A stretch of DNA of 64,000 bases, from NCBI GenBank assembly GCA_041690355.1, contig JAWLHK010000020.1:1-64000 (forward strand), read 5' to 3'. This document shows, piece by piece, positions 28,339-37,507 of this stretch; the first letter of the stretch is position 1, and every line of letters starts with the position of its first letter. This stretch comes from a bacterium. GTDB lineage: Bacteria; J088; JAWLBW01. Both the position numbers and the translations under genes were made by a program. Below the pieces are notes generated by a model. That model did no database searches. It saw nothing but the letters and a program-made list of their open reading frames with translations, and was not told the origin of the DNA.

Positions 28339-30417
28339 CTACATGTAAGCCAGCCCGAGGCTGAACTGCAGGTAGTGCCCCTCGAGGCGGTTGCTCGAAC
28401 CGAAGAAGCCGTACTCTGACGTATAGAGCGTGATCGGAAAGCGGTAACCGATCGACAGCTCGAGCGGAAGCTTCAGCCACCCCTCGGGCAGGGCCGTGAT
28501 GCCGACGCTGGGGCCGAGTCCCATGAAGAAGACGCGGTCGGGCGAAAGGCCGTCGAGGCCCGCGTAGACGAACGGTTCGAGATCGATGAGGAACCGCGCC
28601 GCCCAGCGCCAGTGGAACCCGTAGGAAAAATCGGCCGAGAACTGCTTACGGTCTTCGACGACGCCGAAGCGGTTGCGTCGCTCGGTGCGCCCGTCGGTAG
28701 AACGCACGCCGATGCGGTAGCTGGTCAACCAGGTGGCCCACGAGCCCAGTTCCTGGTAGAAAGCGACGTCGAGCCCGATCTGATTGCCGAGCCCGGCCAA
28801 ATCGGTCGCTACCTTGACGGCCAGCGACTCGTAGGCGAAAAGCGGCGGGGGCACTGGTAGAGAGCCCGTGTGCAGACGCCAGGGAAGGGGACGCGTCGAT
28901 TCGTGCCCCGCGACTCGTGTCGGCCCGAGCGGCAGATGGCGGCAGACGAAGGCCGTCGCGCCGGAGGGGGCCGGACACGGGTTCTCTTCGGGCTCCTTCA
29001 TGATGCCGCCCGCACCCCAATCGATCAGGCTGGCCGCGACGGCGGCCACGACCAGCCCGCGCTGATGGCGAATCAGGCAATCGGTCACTTCGTCGGGGCG
29101 CGCGGTGTCGCCGGTCGCGAGGCGGCTCCAGTCGCAGTCGGGCGCGCCGGTGAGCGCGGGCCCGAGCAGATAGGTATCGCCGAAAGCGACGAAGGGAAAG
29201 TCGCCGGCCGCCGTCTGCAGTATCGCGGTGACCCCTTCGCGGCTGTCGTAGTCGTGATCGTGGCGGCGCTCGCCCAGACTGCGGCGTGAGAGCACGGGGC
29301 GCATGTGCCCGCTCGACAGGCCGTCTTCGAGAAAGTGCAGGCCGCTCCCCTCGAACACGAGCCCCATGACCGCCGTGACCACCCGGTCGAGCATGGCCTG
29401 GCTGCCCGGCGAGCCGGCGTCGGCCCCGAAGCTTGCCAGGAGATCGGCGACGGGGTGCAGGCGGTGCGGCTCGGCCCGTTCGGCCCACGCGAGCAGCCGC
29501 AGGCGCACCCGCTCGCGCAGCAGGCGGCAACCCTCGGTCTGCAGCATCGTCTCTTCCAGATCACTCCACGCCACCTCGCTGAATGCCGGGAGTCCTTCGG
29601 CGAAATCGGCCAGCTGCGCTCCTTGAAAACCGATGGCCGACGCGCAGGAGCGGCGCGAGATCTCGAGGCCCGCGCTGTGGTACCCCAGCCACGCGCCGTA
29701 GGCGTGGTCGGCGAAGTGATGGGTGTCGCGGAGAACGAGATCGAGAAAGTGCGGGTTGTCGAAGCTGTAGGCGCCCGACGGATCGGACGGCCCCGCGACG
29801 ACCGCACTGCGCGCCAGCGGCGTGAGCAGCGGCCCGGGCACGCGGGCCGGCGTCACGGCGGTCGCCGAAAAGTAGGCGGCGACGTCGGCGTCGACGCGGC
29901 CCCAGTCGACGTCGGGATCGGTCTCGCAGGCGTCCTCGGCCACGTCGCCGACGATACCGTCGGCCCCTTCGGGCTCGGCCGCGAGCCAGCGAAAAACCTG
30001 TTCGATGAGGCCGTCCTTCTGGTGCACCGTGCCGGGAAGTCCGCGTACGGGACCGAAACGGGACACGTGGTCGGGCAGCGCCGCAAAATCACCCAGGGAT
30101 ATGGCGACCTGATCCTTGTCTTCTTCGGGCAGCCGGTTCAGGGTCGCCTCGACCCGCTTGTAGCCGCCGGCGCAGTAGGGGCGCGTCCAGCGCGCGGGGC
30201 AGGCGAGGGCGAGAGCCAGATACCGCGAGGCAAGCGAGGCGTCCTCGGGCCGCGCCTCCATCTCGGCCGCCAGGGCGTCCTGGGCAGGCGCGCAGGCCCG
30301 GTCGGTGAAGAAGCTGTGCTCGAGGTAGTGAAAGGCGCGCGCCTCGTCGGCAGACCGGAGCAGAAAAGCGGCCGTGAAGAGGACGATGAGCGGCAGATGG
30401 CGGGTTCGCAGAAGCAT
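28339..30417 (-). CDS. Secreted protein, putative Zn-dependent phospholipase C/P1-like domain plus beta-rich C-terminus
   Basis: Signal peptide then FHYLEH; DTHHF; LHFLEDGLSSGH; HDHD; beta-strand-like tail. Confidence 0.55.
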   Translation of the reverse strand: MLLRTRHLPLIVLFTAAFLLRSADEARAFHYLEHSFFTDRACAPAQDALAAEMEARPEDASLASRYLALALACPARWTRPYCAGGYKRVEATLNRLPEEDKDQVAISLGDFAALPDHVSRFGPVRGLPGTVHQKDGLIEQVFRWLAAEPEGADGIVGDVAEDACETDPDVDWGRVDADVAAYFSATAVTPARVPGPLLTPLARSAVVAGPSDPSGAYSFDNPHFLDLVLRDTHHFADHAYGAWLGYHSAGLEISRRSCASAIGFQGAQLADFAEGLPAFSEVAWSDLEETMLQTEGCRLLRERVRLRLLAWAERAEPHRLHPVADLLASFGADAGSPGSQAMLDRVVTAVMGLVFEGSGLHFLEDGLSSGHMRPVLSRRSLGERRHDHDYDSREGVTAILQTAAGDFPFVAFGDTYLLGPALTGAPDCDWSRLATGDTARPDEVTDCLIRHQRGLVVAAVAASLIDWGAGGIMKEPEENPCPAPSGATAFVCRHLPLGPTRVAGHESTRPLPWRLHTGSLPVPPPLFAYESLAVKVATDLAGLGNQIGLDVAFYQELGSWATWLTSYRIGVRSTDGRTERRNRFGVVEDRKQFSADFSYGFHWRWAARFLIDLEPFVYAGLDGLSPDRVFFMGLGPSVGITALPEGWLKLPLELSIGYRFPITLYTSEYGFFGSSNRLEGHYLQFSLGLAYM

Positions 30418-30640
30418 GATAGTCACGGATGGGGCGTCCGGAACGTCCGGGCGGCTGCGCGTCCACCTACCATTGTGGGCCCGAAGCGCCCGGCGCGACA
30501 GGTGTCCATGCCGTAGAGCGGTCGGCCCGGGCATTGTATCAGAATTTGACCTGCCGGGAGCGACCCGATAAGATGGCGGGAAACTGCTTTCTGCCCGACG
30601 GCCCGTTCTGCCGGGGGCATCCCACCCGATGAGGAGACGC

Positions 30641-31546
30641 ATGATGCGCAAGATTCTGCTGGTGGCCGGCCTGGTTCCGGCCCTGACCGCCTGTTCTCTG
30701 TTTGCGACCAAGCGCGATGCGGGGTTCGAGCAGCTCGACGCCCCGGCCGCCGAGGCCACCGACGAAGGCCGTCTCTCTGAAACCCTGAGCGCCGCCGACG
30801 AAAAGTGGGCCGGGCGCCAGGATCGCGCGACCCTCGAAGCGGCAATCAAGCTGTACGAAGAGGCCCTCGGCTACACGAATGACGGCGTCAAGCGCCGCGA
30901 GATCATGGAGCGCATCGCCCGCGGCACCTACTTTCTCGCCGACGGCCTGACGCGTAACGACCCGGCGAAACAGAAGGAACTCTACAACCTGGCCACCACC
31001 TGGGGCGAGCGCTGCATGGCTATCGATCCGCAGTTCAAGGCCAAGGTCGACGCCGGCGAACGCACCGAAGAGGCGGTCAAGGTTCTCGGCAAGGAGTATG
31101 CCGGGTGCGTCTACTGGGCGGCTTCGGGCCTGGGCAAGTGGGCCAAGATGGAAGGTTTCGCGACGCAGGTCAGCAACAAGGACCGCATCAAGAACTTCGT
31201 CGAAGTCGTGACCGAAAAGGATCGCAACTACTTCTACGGCGGTCCGGATCGCTACTGGGGCGCCTACTACTCGATCATTCCGGGGTTCATGGGCAAGGAT
31301 CTGACCAAGAGCGCCGAGTATTTCGAGGCGTCGATGAAGATCTCGCCCGACTACCTGGGCACCAAGGTCCTCATGGCCGACACCCTGGCCAATCAGAAGG
31401 ACGACCGTCAGCTGTTCGAGACGCTGCTGAAGGCGGTCATCGAGGCCGACCCCGCCGCCAACGCCGAAATCGAACCCGAGAACCGCATCGAGCAGGAGAA
31501 GGCGCGCGAGCTGCTCAGCCGCATCGACGAGCTCTATCCGCAGTAA
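30641..31546 (+). CDS. TRAP-T TatT-component-like TPR lipoprotein
   Basis: Lipobox LTAC; YFYGGPDRYWGAYY..P.F.G.D..KS.EYF and EPENRIEQEKA motifs. Confidence 0.75.
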   Translation: MMRKILLVAGLVPALTACSLFATKRDAGFEQLDAPAAEATDEGRLSETLSAADEKWAGRQDRATLEAAIKLYEEALGYTNDGVKRREIMERIARGTYFLADGLTRNDPAKQKELYNLATTWGERCMAIDPQFKAKVDAGERTEEAVKVLGKEYAGCVYWAASGLGKWAKMEGFATQVSNKDRIKNFVEVVTEKDRNYFYGGPDRYWGAYYSIIPGFMGKDLTKSAEYFEASMKISPDYLGTKVLMADTLANQKDDRQLFETLLKAVIEADPAANAEIEPENRIEQEKARELLSRIDELYPQ

Positions 31547-31570
31547 GCGGAAAACCGGAACGCGAAACGG

Positions 31571-31600
31571 ACGGCGGCCCTGGGGGTCGCCGTTTTTTTT
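31571..31600 (+). terminator. Rho-independent terminator
   Basis: acggcggccc-tgg-gggtcgccgt hairpin followed by a T run. Confidence 0.8.
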
Positions 31601-31676
31601 CGGGCCGAGTTTCCGCCTGCATAGGTCCCGAGCAAGGCCGCCGCTCAGGCGACCGAGGCCGCATTGAGTTGCGGTC

Positions 31677-31706
31677 TTGACGCATCCTTGCCTGCGCTGC
31701 TATTCT
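31677..31706 (+). promoter_or_regulatory. Sigma70-type promoter of rpsF operon
   Basis: TTGACG-18 bp-TATTCT with extended TG. Confidence 0.6.
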
Positions 31707-31741
31707 AAAAGGATTCACTTTGGGTCGAATTCCCGGCCCAA

Positions 31742-31781
31742 CTCCTTGCTCCCGAGAGGGGGCTGTTGCATCCGAAAGGAG
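31742..31781 (+). promoter_or_regulatory. Putative S6:S18 autoregulatory mRNA leader
   Basis: CTCCTT can pair with the SD AAGGAG; inner hairpin; unpaired CCG before the SD; directly upstream of rpsF. Confidence 0.65.
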
Positions 31782-31791
31782 AACCATCGAC

Positions 31792-32304
31792 ATGCGACGT
31801 TACGAAACTGTTTTTATTGCGGCCGATCAGACGCCCGACGACCAGGTGCGCGAGATTGCCGAGCGCAGCCGCGCCGTGGTCGAGCGCACCGGCGGCAAGC
31901 CGATCCGCACCGACTTCTGGGGTCGCCGGACGCTGTCCTACGAGATCCAGAAATCGCGCCGCGGCAACTACGTCCTGCTGGTCTACGCCGGCGGCGGCGA
32001 ATCGGTCGCCGAGCTCGAGCGCACGCTGCAGATCAACGAATCGATCATCCGTTTTCACACCATCAAGGTTGAAGACCAGGTCAATCCCGAAGCCATCGGG
32101 CCCGAAGAGTCCAAGCCGGCGCCGGCCGACATCTTCGCCGAATCCGCCGAGCGCGGCGATCGTGACCGCGATCGCGACCGTGACCGCGATCGTGACCGCG
32201 ACCGTGATCGCGACCGTGATCGCGACCGCGACCGCGCCCCGCGCGAAGAAGAAGAAGGCGAAGAGGAGTCCGAAGAATCGGCCGACGAAGGGAAGGGGGA
32301 ATAA
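31792..32304 (+). CDS. rpsF: 30S ribosomal protein S6 with (DR)n/acidic tail
   Basis: MRRYETVFI, WGRR.LSYEI.K and ELER.L.INE.IIR motifs. Confidence 0.96.
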   Translation: MRRYETVFIAADQTPDDQVREIAERSRAVVERTGGKPIRTDFWGRRTLSYEIQKSRRGNYVLLVYAGGGESVAELERTLQINESIIRFHTIKVEDQVNPEAIGPEESKPAPADIFAESAERGDRDRDRDRDRDRDRDRDRDRDRDRDRAPREEEEGEEESEESADEGKGE

Positions 32305-32307
32305 ACC

Positions 32308-32535
32308 ATGGCTATGATGAAATCCCGCAAGAAGGTCTGCCGTTTCTGCGCTGATCGCAAGCAGACGATTGACTACAAGGACGTGCGGCTGCTGATGAAC
32401 TTCATCACCGACCGCGGCAAGATCATTCCCCGCCGGATCTCGGGCAATTGCGCACTGCACCAGCGCGAAGTCCAGACGGCGATCAAGCGCGCCCGCGTGC
32501 TGGCGCTCGTCCCGTTCACCACGGTTGGTTTGTAA
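32308..32535 (+). CDS. rpsR: 30S ribosomal protein S18 (Zn-binding form)
   Basis: [24 protein letters not shown] and AIKRAR motifs. Confidence 0.97.
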   Translation: MAMMKSRKKVCRFCADRKQTIDYKDVRLLMNFITDRGKIIPRRISGNCALHQREVQTAIKRARVLALVPFTTVGL

Positions 32536-32545
32536 GAGGTCGCCC

Positions 32546-33037
32546 ATGGAAATCATCCTTCTTGAAGACATCCCCAAGCTGGGACACATCGGCGACATCG
32601 TTCGCGTTCGCGACGGGTATGCCCGCAACTTCCTGATCCCGCGCCGCAAGGCCATGCTGGCCGACACGAACAACATCCGCGCCCTGGAGCACCAGAAGCG
32701 GGTGGCCTCGAAGAAGCTGGCCAAGGCCCGCGGCGGCGCCGAAGAACGGCGCGCGGCCATCGAGAAGCTCGAGCTGACCTTCACGCAGAAGGCCGGCGAG
32801 ACGGGTAAGCTCTTCGGTTCGGTCACGAACATCATGATCGCCGAAGAACTGGCGCGGCAGGGGGTCGAAATCGACCGCCACCTCATTCAGACCGAGCCCC
32901 TCAAGGCGACCGGGTCGTTCAAGGTGCCGGTCAAGCTGCACCGCGACGTCGTGGCCAACCTTCGCGTCGTCGTCGTCGGCGAGCAGACGGGCGAACAGCC
33001 CGCCCCTGCGGCGCCGGCCGCCGAGGCCGCCGAATAA
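32546..33037 (+). CDS. rplI: 50S ribosomal protein L9
   Basis: MEIILLED...LG..GD, GYARNFLIP and GKLFGSVT motifs. Confidence 0.97.
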   Translation: MEIILLEDIPKLGHIGDIVRVRDGYARNFLIPRRKAMLADTNNIRALEHQKRVASKKLAKARGGAEERRAAIEKLELTFTQKAGETGKLFGSVTNIMIAEELARQGVEIDRHLIQTEPLKATGSFKVPVKLHRDVVANLRVVVVGEQTGEQPAPAAPAAEAAE

Positions 33038-33062
33038 GCACGCAAACAAGCCTGCTCTTTCC

Positions 33063-33095
33063 AATGCCCTGTTTCGACAGGGCATTTCTATTTTC
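33063..33095 (+). terminator. Terminator after rplI
   Basis: aatgccctgt-ttcg-acagggcatt hairpin followed by a T-rich tail. Confidence 0.75.
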
Positions 33096-33141
33096 GGGCC
33101 CCGACTTCCGCCCGGGGGGCAAACCGTGCTAGGTTGGGGAG

Positions 33142-33615
33142 GTGGCGTCTTCAACACACCCATTGCACGGTTCCCCAGGTCGTACCGACGGATCCGCAGG
33201 GCGGTCCTCCTGGATGTCGGTCGCCTGCGGCTGCGGCGCGCGCATCCGGCTGCGGGTGCACGAGGTCGTCGATCTGAACGTGCCCCGCATGCGTGCCCGG
33301 CTCGAGGCGGGGCTGCTGCATAACGCACCCTGCCGCAGGTGCGGGCGGCGCGTCCAGGTCGAGAAGTGGTTTCTCTGCCGCGATCGGCGTCAGGGGCTGC
33401 TCATCCACGTCTTTCCCAGCGACTACCGGCTGCTGCACGCGCGCGTTCGCGCCCAGGTGCAGGCCCTGCACCGCCTGTGCGAGCTGGGCGAAAGCGCACG
33501 GACCGAGGTCGTATTCGGCTACGTCGAGCTGATGGCCGTCCTTCGGGGTGAAACGCTTCCGCCACCGCCGCCGACTGAGCCGTTCGATCCGGCGACCCCG
33601 CGCCAGGTGCACTGA
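33142..33615 (+). CDS. CpXC-like Zn-ribbon hypothetical protein
   Basis: CGCG ... L.AG.L...CRRCG pattern; start uncertain (ATG 33214 alternative). Confidence 0.55.
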   Translation: MASSTHPLHGSPGRTDGSAGRSSWMSVACGCGARIRLRVHEVVDLNVPRMRARLEAGLLHNAPCRRCGRRVQVEKWFLCRDRRQGLLIHVFPSDYRLLHARVRAQVQALHRLCELGESARTEVVFGYVELMAVLRGETLPPPPPTEPFDPATPRQVH

Positions 33616-33742
33616 GCCGTAACCGGTCGCGCCGCCGGTCGAGATTCCCGGGCCGCATTCTGGATTGGCGCCGACTTTCCCGGCGTGCTATGCTTTAGCT
33701 GGCCATTTCTTTCATGAGCATGATTTTGCAAGAGATTCGGGC

Positions 33743-35482
33743 ATGAGTCGCGTCATCGGAGTCGATCTCGGAACGACCTATTCGTGCGTTGCGGTGGTCG
33801 AGAACGGGAAGCCGAAGGTCATCCCCTCGCGCCACGGCGAGAACACGATCCCGTCCATCGTGGCCCATGACAGCAAGGGTAACCGGCTGGTGGGCGCCGC
33901 GGCCAAGCGCCAGAGCGTCACGAATCCCAAGGATACGATCTACGGCGCCAAGCGCCTCATCGGCCGCAGCTTTCAGAGCAACGTCGTCGAAACGATCAAG
34001 AACCGCTTCACCTACGATATTGTTGAAGGCGAAGGGCACGAAGCGGCGATCGAAGTGGCCGGCCACCACTACGAGCTGACCGACATCTCGGCCCAAATTC
34101 TCGAAGAGATCCGCAACGTCGCGCAGGATTACCTCGACGAAAAGATCACGCGGGTGGTCGTCTCGGTTCCCGCCTACTTCAACAACAAGCAGCGCGAAGC
34201 CGTGCGCAAGGCAGGCGAGAAGGCCGGACTGCAGGTTCTGCGCATCATCAACGAGCCGACGGCCGCCGCGCTCGCTTACGGCTTCGGCAAGAAGCTGAAA
34301 GAGAAAATCTGCATCTACGACCTGGGCGGCGGCACGTTCGACGTCACGGTGCTCGAGCTGTTTGAAGATGTCTACGAAGTCATCGCCGTCGGAGGAGATT
34401 CCTTTCTGGGCGGTCTCGATTTCGACGAAACGCTCGCCGGCTATCTCATCGACGAGTTCAAGAAGGCCGAAGGGGTCGACCTCTCGGCTGATCGGCTTGC
34501 CGTGCAGCGAGTGCGCGATGCGGCCGAAAAGGCCAAGCGCGACCTTTCGACGGCGGGCGAAACGATGGTAAGCCTGCCCTTCATCACGATGGTCAACGGG
34601 CAGAGCAAGAATCTCGAAGTGCGCGTTTCGCGCGAGAAGTTCGAAGAGCTCACCAAGCCTCTGCTCGACCGCACGATGGACATCCTGCGCCAGACGATGG
34701 CTGAGCGCAATCTGAAGCCGACTGATGTCTCCGACGTCGTGCTCGTGGGCGGGCAGACGCGCATGCCGGCGGTGGCGCGCCGCATCGAAGAGCTGTTCGG
34801 CAAGCCGGCCCGCAAAGGCGTCCATCCCGACGAGGTGGTCGCGCTCGGGGCGGCCATTCTGGCGAACGCCCTCGAAAGCGGCCAGAATCCGGTTACCCTG
34901 GTCGACGTGACGCCGGCGAGCATCGGCATCGGCATGGCCGGCGGCAAATTCAAGAAGATCATCGGCAAGAACACGGCCATCCCGTGCGAACGCACGTACA
35001 CGCTTGCGACCAGCCGTGAGAACCAGCCGGCCATGCGCATCCGGGTCTTCCAGGGCGAAGATCCGATGGCGACCGCCAACGAATATCTCGGCGAATTCGT
35101 CTTCTCGGGTCTGCGCAACGGTGCTGCCGGCAGCGTCAAGGTCGAGGTCAAGTTCAAGCTCGACAACGACTGCCTGCTGCACGTTTCGGCCCGCGACCCC
35201 GACACGGGTACCGAGATGACGCATACCTTCTCGACCGAAGCCGCCGAGAGCCGCGAAACCTACCGCGCCGACAAAGTCGTCTCGTCCCAGGGGGAGGCAC
35301 CCACGCCGCAGGGGACCGCCACGGCTACGGCGACGCGACCGGCTGCAGCTCCGGCGCAGACCCGTCCGGCTGCTCCGCCTCCGGCGAAGCCCGCCGCCCG
35401 GCCGGCCGTCATCACCGCCAAGGCCCCCGAGCCCGAGAAGAAACCGGGCTTTCTGGCGCGCCTGTTCGGCAAGAAGGGCTGA
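33743..35482 (+). CDS. Hsp70/DnaK-family paralog
   Basis: IGVDLGTT, VPAYFN, IINEPTAAALAYG, DLGGGTFDV, LVGGQTR and beta substrate-binding domain; no helical lid. Confidence 0.93.
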   Translation: MSRVIGVDLGTTYSCVAVVENGKPKVIPSRHGENTIPSIVAHDSKGNRLVGAAAKRQSVTNPKDTIYGAKRLIGRSFQSNVVETIKNRFTYDIVEGEGHEAAIEVAGHHYELTDISAQILEEIRNVAQDYLDEKITRVVVSVPAYFNNKQREAVRKAGEKAGLQVLRIINEPTAAALAYGFGKKLKEKICIYDLGGGTFDVTVLELFEDVYEVIAVGGDSFLGGLDFDETLAGYLIDEFKKAEGVDLSADRLAVQRVRDAAEKAKRDLSTAGETMVSLPFITMVNGQSKNLEVRVSREKFEELTKPLLDRTMDILRQTMAERNLKPTDVSDVVLVGGQTRMPAVARRIEELFGKPARKGVHPDEVVALGAAILANALESGQNPVTLVDVTPASIGIGMAGGKFKKIIGKNTAIPCERTYTLATSRENQPAMRIRVFQGEDPMATANEYLGEFVFSGLRNGAAGSVKVEVKFKLDNDCLLHVSARDPDTGTEMTHTFSTEAAESRETYRADKVVSSQGEAPTPQGTATATATRPAAAPAQTRPAAPPPAKPAARPAVITAKAPEPEKKPGFLARLFGKKG

Positions 35483-35494
35483 TCCCGACGCGCC

Positions 35495-37114
35495 ATGCGT
35501 TTGTGTTCTGCCCCGCTGCGCTTTCAGGCCTGCGCGGCTTTCCTGGTCTCGATTTTCCTTCTTCTGGCGCCTGCCCGAGCGGTCGCGGCTGCGGGCTTCG
35601 ACGAGCAGGCCTGGCGCCTGCTGACGGTCAGCGATCCGCTGCAGGCCGTCGACCAGATGCGCGCGCGCATCCAGGAGCACTCGCTCACCCCTGCTGAGCG
35701 GGCCCGCGCCCATGTGCTGCTCGGGGCGCTGCTCGGCGAACAGCTCGGCGATCTGGCGGGGGGCGCCGACCACTACCGCAAAGCGCTCATGCTCGAGCCG
35801 TCGAGCGCTGACAGCGCCGACGTGCGCTATGCGCTGGCGCTTCTGCTCATCTCGTCGGGACAGTACGGCGAAGCGCGCAGAGAGCTCGCCTACCTGCTCA
35901 AGCAGATGCCGAACCACCCCCAGGCGTTTTCTATCCGGGCGACCCTGAGCGACCTCGAGGGGCGAAGCGATCGGCCGCAGGCCCCACGACCGGTCTCCCC
36001 GCTTCCCGAGAAGAAGCTGCTCCCCGGCCTGGGCACGGCGACGCCGGTCGCTTCGCCGCCCCAGACTTCGCGGGAGCCCTCGGTTCGAGTGCTCGTGCAT
36101 CGTGCCCCCTCGCTGCGCATCGCGAGCGAAGGCAGCCTGTTTCTGTATGACGCCTCCGGAAAGCTGCTGACGCGACAGGCGCCGCCGCTGCACTGCGCGA
36201 CCGCTGGCGCCGGGGTACGGTGCGGCGAACATGCCGCGGCGGCCCTCCAGATCATTCCCGCGCGCGGACGGCACTTGACCCTGAACGGCAAGGGGTACCG
36301 CGGCGTGCTCGTCCTGCACGCCGAGGCGCAGAAGCTGATCGCCGTGAACCGGCTTCCGGTCGAGCGCTATCTTTATGGCGTGCTTCCGCGCGAGGTGCCG
36401 CACGACTGGCCGATCGAAGCGCTCAAGGCGCAGGCCGTGGCCGCGCGCACCTACGCCTACAGCCAGATGCAGCGGGCGAACGGCCTCCCCTACGACGTCG
36501 AAGCCACGGTCATGAGCCAGGTCTACGGCGGCCTCGACGGCGAACAGCCTGCAACGAGCCGCGCGGTCGATGAAACGGCGAACGAGATCCTGACGTGGAA
36601 CGGGCAGAGCGTCATTGCCTACTTTCACAGCCACAGCGGCGGCCGTACGGAAGATCCGGCCAACGTGTGGGGGGCGAGTCTCCCCTATCTCGTCAGCCGC
36701 GACGACCCGTACAGCCTGCAAGGTGATCCGATGCGCTGGCAGGCCCGGTTCCACTGGCGTGACGTCCGCGCAAGGCTCGAACGCGCTTATCCGCATATCG
36801 GCAGGCTGCGGGGCATCGCCGTTGGCGCCCGTGCAGGCAAGCGGGCGGTCAAAATGAAGCTCGTCGGCACCCGGAGTTCCGAAATGATTTCGGCCAACCG
36901 TCTGCGCATCCTGCTCGGTCCGGCCGTGCTCAAGAGCACCGCCTTTGAAATGAAGCGCAATGATCGCCAGGTCGTGTTCAGCGGCACCGGATACGGTCAC
37001 GGCGTCGGGTTGAGCCAGTGGGGTGCCTATGCCATGGCCTCGGCGGGCAAAGGGTACCGTGAGATTTTGAGTTTCTATTACCACGGTGTTACCATACAGC
37101 CGGGCTCCCGTTGA
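35495..37114 (+). CDS. SpoIID/LytB-domain protein with N-terminal TPR
   Basis: Signal peptide, TPR-like helices, YLYGV..E.P..W..EALKAQAVAARTY, QVY and GYGHGVGLSQWGA motifs. Confidence 0.92.
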   Translation: MRLCSAPLRFQACAAFLVSIFLLLAPARAVAAAGFDEQAWRLLTVSDPLQAVDQMRARIQEHSLTPAERARAHVLLGALLGEQLGDLAGGADHYRKALMLEPSSADSADVRYALALLLISSGQYGEARRELAYLLKQMPNHPQAFSIRATLSDLEGRSDRPQAPRPVSPLPEKKLLPGLGTATPVASPPQTSREPSVRVLVHRAPSLRIASEGSLFLYDASGKLLTRQAPPLHCATAGAGVRCGEHAAAALQIIPARGRHLTLNGKGYRGVLVLHAEAQKLIAVNRLPVERYLYGVLPREVPHDWPIEALKAQAVAARTYAYSQMQRANGLPYDVEATVMSQVYGGLDGEQPATSRAVDETANEILTWNGQSVIAYFHSHSGGRTEDPANVWGASLPYLVSRDDPYSLQGDPMRWQARFHWRDVRARLERAYPHIGRLRGIAVGARAGKRAVKMKLVGTRSSEMISANRLRILLGPAVLKSTAFEMKRNDRQVVFSGTGYGHGVGLSQWGAYAMASAGKGYREILSFYYHGVTIQPGSR

Positions 37115-37187
37115 ATCGGCAGACGGGCCCGGCACGGCAGCCGGCGGGCAGAGGGTTCGGCGGCCCACCTTACACGGCAGTTCTCGG

Positions 37188-37481
37188 ATGGAAACTCACT
37201 GCGCGGCTTGCGGAAAGCCGATTACCGTTGATCTCCCCGTGGGGCGGCGCGACGAATGCCGGCACTGCGCGGGCGATCTGCATGCCTGCATCCAGTGCGC
37301 AAGTTTCGATGCACGCGGCGGTATCTGCAGAGAGCCCCATGCCGAGCCGCAGCGGGATCGGCAGGCCGCCAATGCCTGCGAGTGGTTCCGCTTTGCGGGA
37401 TCGAAGGTGGCGGGCGCGGCCGGACCTTCGAAAGAAGAGCTGCGAGCGGCCGCCGAAGCGCTGTTCCGCAAGAAGCCGTGA
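37188..37481 (+). CDS. Small Cys-rich hypothetical protein
   Basis: CAAC, C.HC, C.QC, CRE and ANACEWF pattern. Confidence 0.75.
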   Translation: METHCAACGKPITVDLPVGRRDECRHCAGDLHACIQCASFDARGGICREPHAEPQRDRQAANACEWFRFAGSKVAGAAGPSKEELRAAAEALFRKKP

Positions 37482-37507
37482 ACCCGGAGCCTACGTTGAG
37501 GACCGAC

